A stretch of DNA of 59,724 nt, filler included, from 3 parts of 3 records of this genome joined end to end with filler, not necessarily neighbours in it; one strand, 5' to 3'. Positions 19,517 through 27,995 are shown, counted from the first letter of the whole stretch. Translations and numbers: made by a program. The notes: generated by a model not told the origin, from the letters alone.

Positions 19517-21268
19517 CTATTCCTGTTCCGGCTCTGCTTCTGTCGTCCGGAGATACGCAACAAGCGCCTGGAATTCATCTTTATAGAGATGGACTGTCGG
19601 CATTGCCGATTCGTTGAACGCGGCTCCGTCATGATTGAGCAGTTTTCTCAGGCGCGAGGGAGTCCAACGCCCCTTGGCGTCCTGAAGCGCAGCCGAATAC
19701 GGATAACCCTCAACCGACCCGATACGCCGTCCCAACACACCATTCAGCGGCGGTCCGGCGAGCGTTTTGCCGTCCGTGGTGTGACACGTCCCGCAGTGAT
19801 AGAAGAACAGACGCGTTCCGACAACTTCAATCGATGCCGGAATGGACTCAGCTGGCTGCAGCCGTGGCCGTTCGGATAAGTTCGAGACCGTGAAAGATCC
19901 GGCGTCGTCCATATGCTTGTCGCCATTACGGACCAATATCAGCTGGCCTGAATCGGTAAGGACGGCGATGCGTCCGTCCGAAAGTGAAATCAGGTCGCGC
20001 AAGCGCTCCCCCAGCAGCACCTGTTCGGAATAGGTGATCTCGTCACCTTCCGTTTTGAGCGCAAACAGGGATTTTCCCCATAGCGATGCGACCACGAGAT
20101 GCTCATCCCATTCAGGGAATTCCTCCTCGTTTGGCTCAATAATGTTTGAAATTCCGATCGCAGGCACAAAAGAGAACCGGGGATGCTCGAACCCAACCTG
20201 CTTGCCCGGATGCGGATTGAATGGCCATGGAACAGACCCATAATTCGTGCCGTACGTCGCAATCGGCCACCCATAATTCTTCCCCGGCTGGATCAGGTTC
20301 ACTTCGTCCCCACCACGCGGGCCATGTTCTGTTTCCCAGACCCTTCCGTCGCTGGCGACCAGCAGACCTTGCGGATTCCGGAATCCCCGCGCGTAGAAAC
20401 TGTGGCTGCCATCCTTGAGTGAGATCTCGATGATCTTGCTCAGGTCGTTCTTGTCATCCTGACCAACCTGATACGGTCCATCCACACCATCGAACTGATG
20501 GGCGCCAATGGACAGAAGTAGAGTATCCTCGTTCAGACGGGCAAGACGCCCACCGCCTTCATGTCCTGCCAGGCGCATTCCGATGGATTTGACCGGGATG
20601 CACGGGTCCGTGAAGAAAATCTCGTCCCATGCTCCAGAAGCGGCATGTACGCCCGTGTCATCCTTCGCCAGCTGGGTATGCGACACCACGACTTCGAAAC
20701 ATCCATTCCTGTAGCGGTGATGGCTGACGTACAGGTCATAAAGGTTCGCACCCGCAGGAATGCTCAACAGGTCGAAGGTCCGGAACTCGCTGAGCTGGAA
20801 AATCGGATCCTGAAACAGCTCCGACTGCGTCAGCTCCTCCAGCCCCATCGGAACATGCAGCCCTTCGATCCGGTGGAGACTGTTCTGCTGGTCCAGGTAA
20901 CCGAATTCGCCAAGCCGTGTGACATACAGGATATCGCCATCAATCTCCTCCAGTGCCCATACGGCTGGATTGGCATCCGGTGAGAGATTGAAGCGGGCAA
21001 TCTGAAGCGGGAAGAAATGCGTGTTGATCGTCTCCCATGTGACGACTTCCTCCACCGGAGGCGTTTCGAAACGCGCCAGCGCCGGCTGGACAATCTTCTC
21101 ATTCACCTTTTCGAGCGTGTTGTTCTTTCCGCCCCAATACCCGACCGCCGCCGCACAGATCAGAAGGAAGCCAAGGCCGGCGAGAAGCAGGAGGACCAAG
21201 GCTATTCGGCGCAGTCGCGGTGACAACGGCAGGACATCGAGCAATTTCATGGAAATCTTCTCCCGCAC
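19517..21268 (-). CDS. PQQ-dependent sugar dehydrogenase (GSDH family) with C-terminal cytochrome c
   Basis: N-terminal TM anchor; GFRNPQGL, WETEHGPRGGDEVN, GKNYGWP; CGTCH, GPPLNGVLGR and SAMP axial Met. Confidence 0.85.
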   Translation of the reverse strand: MREKISMKLLDVLPLSPRLRRIALVLLLLAGLGFLLICAAAVGYWGGKNNTLEKVNEKIVQPALARFETPPVEEVVTWETINTHFFPLQIARFNLSPDANPAVWALEEIDGDILYVTRLGEFGYLDQQNSLHRIEGLHVPMGLEELTQSELFQDPIFQLSEFRTFDLLSIPAGANLYDLYVSHHRYRNGCFEVVVSHTQLAKDDTGVHAASGAWDEIFFTDPCIPVKSIGMRLAGHEGGGRLARLNEDTLLLSIGAHQFDGVDGPYQVGQDDKNDLSKIIEISLKDGSHSFYARGFRNPQGLLVASDGRVWETEHGPRGGDEVNLIQPGKNYGWPIATYGTNYGSVPWPFNPHPGKQVGFEHPRFSFVPAIGISNIIEPNEEEFPEWDEHLVVASLWGKSLFALKTEGDEITYSEQVLLGERLRDLISLSDGRIAVLTDSGQLILVRNGDKHMDDAGSFTVSNLSERPRLQPAESIPASIEVVGTRLFFYHCGTCHTTDGKTLAGPPLNGVLGRRIGSVEGYPYSAALQDAKGRWTPSRLRKLLNHDGAAFNESAMPTVHLYKDEFQALVAYLRTTEAEPEQE

Positions 21269-21350
21269 CCACTTATAGCGCTGATATTAGTGCAATTTCC
21301 GCGCCGTGGACACACGCCATTATCGGTTCTACTCAGCGCGACACCGGCCA

Positions 21351-22796
21351 TCAGACCCCATCAGCGCTATTGATGAGGATCACGGACCGTTCTCCGCGCA
21401 ACATTTCCACACGGCCTCTGAATTCCAGCTGGATTTCGGCCAGGAAGTCTTCCCGCCCTGCGTCGGCATCAAGGACGTGCTCAAACCAGATAATGTTCGG
21501 GCACTCTCCGGGCACCGGTACGGTGTCACCCTTCTGAAGTTCTTCAAACGAGAAGCCATTGCGGCTGGAATAGTATGCCAGGCCATACCGGATGGCATGA
21601 GTCATCATGTAGTCAGGTTCAGATTTTCTCGTCGGCTCGGTAAAAATTCGCGAAGACTGACAGTCCTCTGACAATTGGGCGACGGTCTGCGCGCCAGCTC
21701 TCCAGCCCGCTCCTTCATACATGCCTGTATAGACTGCGCGCCCCTGGGACAGGAGCGCAAACACGCAGACTGCGATGGCAGACCATCGCGGCGCCTGCGG
21801 GCCTCCCGCCAGCAGCGCCAGCGCGGTGATGATGCATCCCCCCGCTGCAATCAGGTATCGGTCAATGATGAGCGGCCGGACGGCATTGGCCAGCACAAGA
21901 AAACCGAAAAAACCGATCAGGACGGCAATCAGGACAAGCGGGTCGCGAACGTCTTTCCAGCTCAGGCGGCGCTCCAGCAGCAGGAGCAGGACAAACACCG
22001 ACAGCCCGAACGCGACCAGGTTCCTTGCGCCCGCCGACCAGATCTCGTCGATCATGACGAAAATCGCGTCGATCCGACCCGTCTGAATCCAGTCGATGAT
22101 GTCAGGACCGGAAGACAGACTCTGGATGACGAACAGCACCACGGCCGGCACCGCAGCAGCCGCGCTCACACAAAGGAAAGGCACGACGCCCCGGCCCCGC
22201 TTCGCGAGGACGAGCGCCAGCGTCATGAGCCCACCCATGAAAGTCGCAAAATAGTGCAGGTTGACGAATATCGCGAGCGACAGGCCCCAGAACAGCAATG
22301 GCTGCCATGCCCACCGTTGTTTACGCTGCTCCATTTGGAGAAGAACCCGCGCCAGAACGGCAACGGCAATGCCGGAAGAGAAGACCAGAAAATACGCCCG
22401 CAGGTCCGCGAAAGTGCTCAGGAACATCGGCGATGAAGCGTAGAGCGCGAGAAGCACGCATATCTGTCCCCGGTCGAGCGCCTTGTGCTGATATGCATAC
22501 CATGCGGCGCCTAGAACCAGCGGCACGCCAAGGATATTGAGCGCCCGCAGCGCCACGACATCCGTGACACCGAGTTTTTCCAAAATCTGGATCAGAAGAT
22601 AGTGAAGCGGCGGATGAACCTCATTCGCCATGATCGCCCAGAACTGGCCCCAGCTCTGTTCCGGCCTGGTTGAGGCGAGTGTCCAGAACTCGTCGAGCCA
22701 AAGCCCGCGGTCAAGCAATCCGATCACGGTCAGAAGACCCAGTCCAAGGACCAGAACGGCCAGCAGCCATTCCGCTCTCTCAATTGACCATTTCAT
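21351..22796 (-). CDS. GT-C-fold (PMT/ArnT-like) membrane glycosyltransferase
   Basis: GLWLDEFWT, EVHPPLHY, LRAY, NLHYF, IIDRYL; many TM helices. Confidence 0.75.
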   Translation of the reverse strand: MKWSIERAEWLLAVLVLGLGLLTVIGLLDRGLWLDEFWTLASTRPEQSWGQFWAIMANEVHPPLHYLLIQILEKLGVTDVVALRALNILGVPLVLGAAWYAYQHKALDRGQICVLLALYASSPMFLSTFADLRAYFLVFSSGIAVAVLARVLLQMEQRKQRWAWQPLLFWGLSLAIFVNLHYFATFMGGLMTLALVLAKRGRGVVPFLCVSAAAAVPAVVLFVIQSLSSGPDIIDWIQTGRIDAIFVMIDEIWSAGARNLVAFGLSVFVLLLLLERRLSWKDVRDPLVLIAVLIGFFGFLVLANAVRPLIIDRYLIAAGGCIITALALLAGGPQAPRWSAIAVCVFALLSQGRAVYTGMYEGAGWRAGAQTVAQLSEDCQSSRIFTEPTRKSEPDYMMTHAIRYGLAYYSSRNGFSFEELQKGDTVPVPGECPNIIWFEHVLDADAGREDFLAEIQLEFRGRVEMLRGERSVILINSADGV

Positions 22797-22952
22797 AATC
22801 TACCCCGCCCCACATTCTATGGTTCGTCCCAAAAAATCCGTAGCACGCCGCCGGTTGGTCAGGCAACCGCACGTAACCAACGCATCTACCGGTTATTGCA
22901 GGAGTATTTGGAGCGAGCGTTCTGAGCAGAAGGTGCAAACAAAACGATCAGA

Positions 22953-23021
22953 TGGTGCGGATGAGAGGACTCGAACCTCCACGCCTCGCGGCGCTGGAAC
23001 CTAAATCCAGTGCGTCTACCA
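22953..23021 (-). tRNA. tRNA-Leu(TAG), 5' end cut by contig end
   Basis: Minus strand TGGTAGACGCA CTGGA-TTTAGGT-TCCAG, long variable arm, GGTTCGAGTCC T-arm, ends GCACCA. Confidence 0.95.
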
Positions 23022-23121
23022 NNNNNNNNNNNNNNNNNNNNNNNNNNNNNNNNNNNNNNNNNNNNTTAATTAATTAANNNNNNNNNNNNNNNNNNNNNNN
23101 NNNNNNNNNNNNNNNNNNNNN
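23022..23121. other. Artificial contig spacer
   Basis: 44 N + TTAATTAATTAA (stops in all six frames) + 44 N. Confidence 0.99.
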
Positions 23122-23186
23122 CAAAAAAATCAAAAAGCCTGAGACCAAACGCAACGAAAGTGAAGTGCAGGGCTCAAAGCGCTCAA
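23122..23186 (-). repeat. Intergenic repeat arm, copy 1
   Basis: Minus strand TTGAGCGCTTTGAGC-(variable)-TTTGGTCTCAGGCTTTTTGATTTTTTTG; same blocks as 40801-40867 and 31151-31195. Confidence 0.8.
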
Positions 23187-23374
23187 GAATACACACCAAA
23201 CGTTAAACACAGAATCACAACTGCAACAGAACAGGAAACAAGCACAAGCCCGCAAAAACATTAAACACGCATGCCGCATTAAACAAATGCGCCACACAAA
23301 CTGGGAGAGCTAAAAAAACCGAGCAGCTTAACAAGCCAGCCAAAACAAGCGACTTAACCAAACAGCACAGAGCG

Positions 23375-24538
23375 TCACCATATCAGATCGTCAGCGGCGG
23401 CAGTCACTTTTTTGAGTGCATCCGCAGAATCGCTGCCCAAAGCCGTGATATGCCCCATTTTGCGTCCTTTGCGACTATCTTTTTTGCCGTAGAGATGCAA
23501 ACTGGCATCTCCATGACGCAGAAAATCGACGGGACTATCGGGCACGCCTGGTCCATTGCGCGTTCCCAAAATGTTAAGCATCGCCGCGCCGCCAGTAATT
23601 AAGTCGGGGTTTCCCAGGGGCAGATTAAGAACCGCACGAATGCAATTTTCAAACTGGGAGCAGTGGCTGGCCTCAATTGTATAATGTCCGGAGTTGTGCG
23701 GCCGCGGTGCGATTTCATTAAACAACAGAGTTCCGTCTTCGCCGCGGAACAGTTCAACACCAAATACGCCAATTCCTTTAATTGCTTCGACGGCTGCAAC
23801 AGCAAGTTCGCGAGCCTTGTTTGATTCACCTGGGTCAATATCGGCGGGTGCGGTGACGGTATGGCAAATATGATTTTTCTGTACGGTTTCGACGCAGGGA
23901 TAAACGGCCAGTTCACCACGCTCGTTGCGCGCAACCATCACGGCCAGTTCCTTGTTAAACTTCACAAAAGACTCGGCCATTACACGCCGCGGAGCTTCGC
24001 CAGTTGTGAAGCGATGCCAGGCTATGAGTGCATGATTACGGCGCTCAACGGTGAAGTTGCCATAACCATCGTAGCCAAATTCTCTGGTTTTCATGATCCA
24101 GGGATAACCATTTTCATCGCCGTAGGCATATGCATCTTCCTGGGAGCCAATTTCCTTAAACTCCGTCGTCGGAATCCCGGCGGCGCGCATCGTCTGTTTT
24201 TGCGTAAACTTATCGCGAACAAGTCGCAAGCTGTCTGCAGTGGGATAAACCGGGCGGCGCTCGGCAATTTTGTCCAGAATCGCCGGATCGATGAATTCAT
24301 TTTCGAGCGTGATGTAATCGCTGACATCCAGAAAACGCTGTAGTTCCTGTGGGTCGTTCCAGCCGCCGGCAAATTCATGCGGCGTCATGATACCGGCAGG
24401 TGAATCGGCACCATTTTCGATTACCGCCACGCGTAACCCCAGGCGATATGCGGCCTGCGCCAACATTTTGGCCAGTTGGCCACCGCCGAGAATACCAAGT
24501 GTCAAGACCCGATCCGAATGATAATAGGAAGGCAGCAT
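23375..24538 (-). CDS. purK: N5-carboxyaminoimidazole ribonucleotide synthase
   Basis: GILGGGQLAKM, ITLENEF, GYDGYG, NEIAPRPHNSGH, HLYGK, GRKMGH. Confidence 0.97.
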   Translation of the reverse strand: MLPSYYHSDRVLTLGILGGGQLAKMLAQAAYRLGLRVAVIENGADSPAGIMTPHEFAGGWNDPQELQRFLDVSDYITLENEFIDPAILDKIAERRPVYPTADSLRLVRDKFTQKQTMRAAGIPTTEFKEIGSQEDAYAYGDENGYPWIMKTREFGYDGYGNFTVERRNHALIAWHRFTTGEAPRRVMAESFVKFNKELAVMVARNERGELAVYPCVETVQKNHICHTVTAPADIDPGESNKARELAVAAVEAIKGIGVFGVELFRGEDGTLLFNEIAPRPHNSGHYTIEASHCSQFENCIRAVLNLPLGNPDLITGGAAMLNILGTRNGPGVPDSPVDFLRHGDASLHLYGKKDSRKGRKMGHITALGSDSADALKKVTAAADDLIW

Positions 24539-24677
24539 GTAAGCCCCATGACTATCGCAACTGTAATTCTGTTAGACCCGTGTGGGTACAACTACAAAAA
24601 TACACATGCAAAGGCCTGCGGGACAAATACGGAGAAGATTGAACTCAGCAAATCAGCCTGCAAAACGGCTCCAGGGC

Positions 24678-24929
24678 TCAGTTGCCGGTGCGAATTTGCT
24701 CCACAAGTTCATGGCCGTCAATCGTAAGCATGTACTTGAGCACCAGCAGTTCCTGCGCATTGCGCTCTGCGGTTTCCATTTTGAATGGCGAGGGTTTGAC
24801 CAGGCCTTCGCGCAGCAGCACTTCCAATGCAGCCTTGACACTCGCCTCCGCGTGGTCACGGAAGGTCGTATTGCTATAGTCTTCCAGATAGAGCAGGATG
24901 GCACGCTCTAGTTTTTTGTTGGAGTTCAT
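24678..24929 (-). CDS. Small DUF2513-like winged-helix protein
   Basis: 83 aa from ATG 24929; RAILLYLE start and LTIDGHELVEQIR end resemble the DUF2513 LTWEGHEFL..IR motif. Confidence 0.55.
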   Translation of the reverse strand: MNSNKKLERAILLYLEDYSNTTFRDHAEASVKAALEVLLREGLVKPSPFKMETAERNAQELLVLKYMLTIDGHELVEQIRTGN

Positions 24930-25399
24930 GATGATGGGTTTGGATAATGAAACACATACACATTGATTCAGTGCGAACGCCATATTCAGGATAACGGCAT
25001 TACTCCCAGCGGACGCGTAAACGTTTTCCGGGTATAACTGAATTTGTACTCTTACTTGCAACAGTACAATATCGCACAAGAAATTGAGATGGCCGCGCAA
25101 GCCGAGAAATTTTGCGGCAGCTGAACGGCGCGGCAACTCACTTAACATCTCCTGAAGTTCTGGGCTGCAGGGTTTCGATATTTCACACCGGCGGCGCACG
25201 TTGCGCGGCGTGCGTTACAGACTTTCACACCTACGACTCACATCGGCGAATTCCGGCTTCGCCACGGAGTTCAATTTTTACGAGTTGCGAATGCGCGGGG
25301 CCCCGACTTCATCCACCGAACTCTTTAACATTTACACACATGCGACTTGATCAAAATCGCGAGCGCGTTAAACAGCGAGCACTGACAACAAATCAATAC

Positions 25400-25660
25400 T
25401 TAAACAGAAGTGAGCAAACGCGTCAACAGCTGCTTACTTTTGACGTCTAGCGGCTCATTGAGCTCATACCGTTGCACGGCTGTCCTGGCGCTGTTTCCGG
25501 TTGTACTATCAGCTGGATCCTTACGACGAACAACAGCTTGCTGCTCAAGTACATCCAGATGATAAGCCACAACATCTACAGAGTAAAACAAGTAGTTCGA
25601 CTCCTGGCCTTCAGCAAGGCAGCGTACAATCTCTACGAACAAATCCTCATCAACCTTCAC
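25400..25660 (-). CDS. Small DUF2513-like winged-helix protein
   Basis: GGAGG 5 nt before GTG 25660; MKVDEDLFVEIVRCL...YSVDVVAYHLDVLEQ resembles the DUF2513 N-half (MKRDMDLIR.IL...YHL..L). Confidence 0.55.
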   Translation of the reverse strand: MKVDEDLFVEIVRCLAEGQESNYLFYSVDVVAYHLDVLEQQAVVRRKDPADSTTGNSARTAVQRYELNEPLDVKSKQLLTRLLTSV

Positions 25661-25719
25661 GACAGCCTCCACAAATGCGAGATTTCACTACTTAACAAAT
25701 CAAACATTCAGACTAAGAA

Positions 25720-25923
25720 TTACAGCTCTTCACCACAATCATTGAAGATCGTGATGGACGGGGGTGTGGAACTATTCACAACCTGCATTGCCGCCTGATC
25801 ATTTTGCACATTCTCAATATCCGTTGAATTGTCTTCGAGCATGAGATCCCACTCACATTGCGTATACGAAGCCGGCCCGGTAATCACCCCCAGGTAAAAA
25901 AGAATTCCAACCAAAATTTGCAT
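25720..25923 (-). CDS. 67-aa acidic small protein with hydrophobic N-terminus (possible exported peptide precursor)
   Basis: MQILVGILFYLGVI leader, then 10 D/E, no K/R/H and two Cys; co-oriented with neighbours. Confidence 0.65.
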   Translation of the reverse strand: MQILVGILFYLGVITGPASYTQCEWDLMLEDNSTDIENVQNDQAAMQVVNSSTPPSITIFNDCGEEL

Positions 25924-25927
25924 TACA

Positions 25928-25964
25928 ACTCACAATTAGAATTACGACTTAAACAATTGTGAGT
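25928..25964. promoter_or_regulatory. Perfect 10-bp inverted repeat over the peptide gene's initiation region
   Basis: ACTCACAATT (25928-25937), 17 nt, AATTGTGAGT (25955-25964); ends 4 nt before the ATG. Confidence 0.6.
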
Positions 25965-26123
25965 GCATGTTAAGTGGCGCTATGAGCGGTTCTGAGGCAG
26001 TTTTGCGTTTAATTAAACAAGGTGAAATGGCGGAATAAGACGCAAAAGGGCAGGGGGAGCCAAAGCTAATCTGGTAGCTCTAAACTAGCTTGGGGACTAG
26101 ATTCGCTGTGCGGCAGTTTTGAA

Positions 26124-26204
26124 GAAAATGTTACGAGATTTTAGGTGCAAAAACGGCGTTTTTATGCCCAAAACGGCGAAAAAGGGGGTGAAAATGTTAC
26201 GAGA
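26124..26204. repeat. Exact 15-bp direct repeats (operator-like)
   Basis: GAAAATGTTACGAGA at 26124-26138 and 26190-26204; AAAACGGCG at 26150-26158 and 26170-26178 between them. Confidence 0.8.
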
Positions 26205-26206
26205 CT

Positions 26207-27748
26207 CTAGACTTGCAGACGCTGATTTTCTTCCAAAAGGACCAAAATTCGCTCCCAAAGCATCTCATATGGTAAAACTTCGATGCCATCAACCTCAGCC
26301 GTCTGACCGGTTTTCTCAAGTTTGACCAGCCACTTGCCGGCAGTTTTGCGTGTTTTGGCGGGGTCAAAACTGCGGCTCTCCATCACGGCCAGCATTCTGA
26401 AGAATATTCCGCCACGCTGGCGGTAGTCCTGGACGTTCAGGTAGCGGCGGGTGTAACGTGCCAGTGCATCCATCTTATCGGCCACTTCGTCCATGCGGCC
26501 TTCACTCAATAACTCTAATATCTGGATGATCAGAACAGACTTATTATAACCTTCCTTATCGCGCGAAAACAGCGGTGAGCTCATGGGCAGTACTTTGCGC
26601 CAGAGGCGCCGCATCAGCGGCTTGGAGACGTCATCCTTTTGGTCGTCAGCCCAGCGCGATACAAACACGTGCCGCAGGTAACGCTCGTAGAGTTTCCACT
26701 TCTCTAAACTGTACTGCGGCAGAGTCTTGTAGCGGCTATCGGAAACCACCTGCTCAAAAGCTCCGGCGGCACGCCCAAACTGGCCTGAGTGCATACATAA
26801 AAGGAAATAGACTTCCAGGGAAGTGAACCAGTTGACGCTGCCTTCGCGGCGCTCGGCAATCACGGTTTCGGCCAGTTCAATTCCGCGCTCGTACTCGCGC
26901 AGAGCCAGATAACACAGCATTCTCTGGGTGACCCACTCGCTCACACGCATGGGAGAACTTAAATGCGGATTCGCCTTCAGGTACTCTTCGGCTTCCTCAC
27001 AAACAGCCAGCGCCGAACGATAGTCCTGATTGAGTTGGCGCTCCAGCAGCCTGACGTTAAAAAAGCTCTTCATCACTTCATAGGACTGCGTCGTTTCGCG
27101 CAGATCGGTCAACTCACGCGCGCAGTCAAGTGCCAGTTCGCGCAGGGCCGGTGAATGTGCGGTACTGGCATTTGACTTCATCATCAGGCGGTCCTGCAGG
27201 CCCTCAGCGCGCGACTCGGCGGCTACAATCCTGCTCAACTCCAGAACTTCGCTGTCATAGAACTCAAAATTGCTGTTGTCACCCATCCAGCTGTATTGGC
27301 GGCGCAGCAGGCGCGCAGTCGTCAGCGCCACGTCATTTAATTCAAATTTGCGCGCCTTGCGATATGCAGAACGCGCCAAACTCAATCCGGTTTTGCGCGC
27401 CGAAGCGGCTATCAGGAATTTGGCGCAGAAGAGCTCGCGGTGGCACTGGTAAAACCGCATCTGATATTCGGAGTGCGTCGGGCGTTTGAGCTCAATGAAA
27501 AACAGGAGGCCAAACAGGTGGTCGCGCAGCCGCGTCTTGAGCACGCGGAAGTTTGCTTCGGAATTTTTTTCGCGCTTGTAGATTCCTTCAATCGCCGCCT
27601 GGTCATTCGGGAACTTGCCGTTGCGCACACCTTCCACCAGCTGCAGATAGCGGTTGGGCTGTTCGGGCGTGCCCGGCTTCTCAAGCATGTCCGAATTCTT
27701 GATTGAATACCGGTCGATTACACTAAGGAGTTCGCGAATTGATTCCAT
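26207..27748 (-). CDS. 513-aa all-helical protein: putative N-terminal HTH plus TPR-like solenoid
   Basis: NDQAAIEGIY...ANFRVLKTRLRDHL resembles an OmpR/SARP-type recognition helix; repeats such as DYRSALAVCEEA, EYERGIELAE, GQFGRAAGAFE are TPR-like. Confidence 0.6.
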   Translation of the reverse strand: MESIRELLSVIDRYSIKNSDMLEKPGTPEQPNRYLQLVEGVRNGKFPNDQAAIEGIYKREKNSEANFRVLKTRLRDHLFGLLFFIELKRPTHSEYQMRFYQCHRELFCAKFLIAASARKTGLSLARSAYRKARKFELNDVALTTARLLRRQYSWMGDNSNFEFYDSEVLELSRIVAAESRAEGLQDRLMMKSNASTAHSPALRELALDCARELTDLRETTQSYEVMKSFFNVRLLERQLNQDYRSALAVCEEAEEYLKANPHLSSPMRVSEWVTQRMLCYLALREYERGIELAETVIAERREGSVNWFTSLEVYFLLCMHSGQFGRAAGAFEQVVSDSRYKTLPQYSLEKWKLYERYLRHVFVSRWADDQKDDVSKPLMRRLWRKVLPMSSPLFSRDKEGYNKSVLIIQILELLSEGRMDEVADKMDALARYTRRYLNVQDYRQRGGIFFRMLAVMESRSFDPAKTRKTAGKWLVKLEKTGQTAEVDGIEVLPYEMLWERILVLLEENQRLQV

Positions 27749-27995
27749 TCTGGGCTAAACTTTTGATTCTGAGACACGAATATTCCTGACTGCGGTATTC
27801 CTGGCAACACCCAATTCAGGCCCCAATCTAAATTCGTCTGCCAGTCCATCAAAATAATTCGATGGGGCAATCCGCCTACATGGCGGCACGCGTGCGTGGC
27901 AGGCTATCGATTGCGGCTTGAAGGACCGCTCCAGAATCAACAATCACGGTGGTATTTTCCACCCAGGTCATCATACTTACGCTGTGAGGTGATCC

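Noticed and set aside
24930-25199. N-terminal half of the 173-aa ORF in the track
   Set aside because: No protein-like features; the DUF2513-like sequence begins at ATG 24929
25955-25964. lac operator half-site (AATTGTGAG) as vector contamination
   Set aside because: Only 9 bp, arranged as the arm of a local inverted repeat, with no other vector sequence
26124-26204. Possible CRISPR repeats or att/target-site duplication
   Set aside because: Only two 15-bp copies 66 bp apart; no cas gene, integrase or enclosed element
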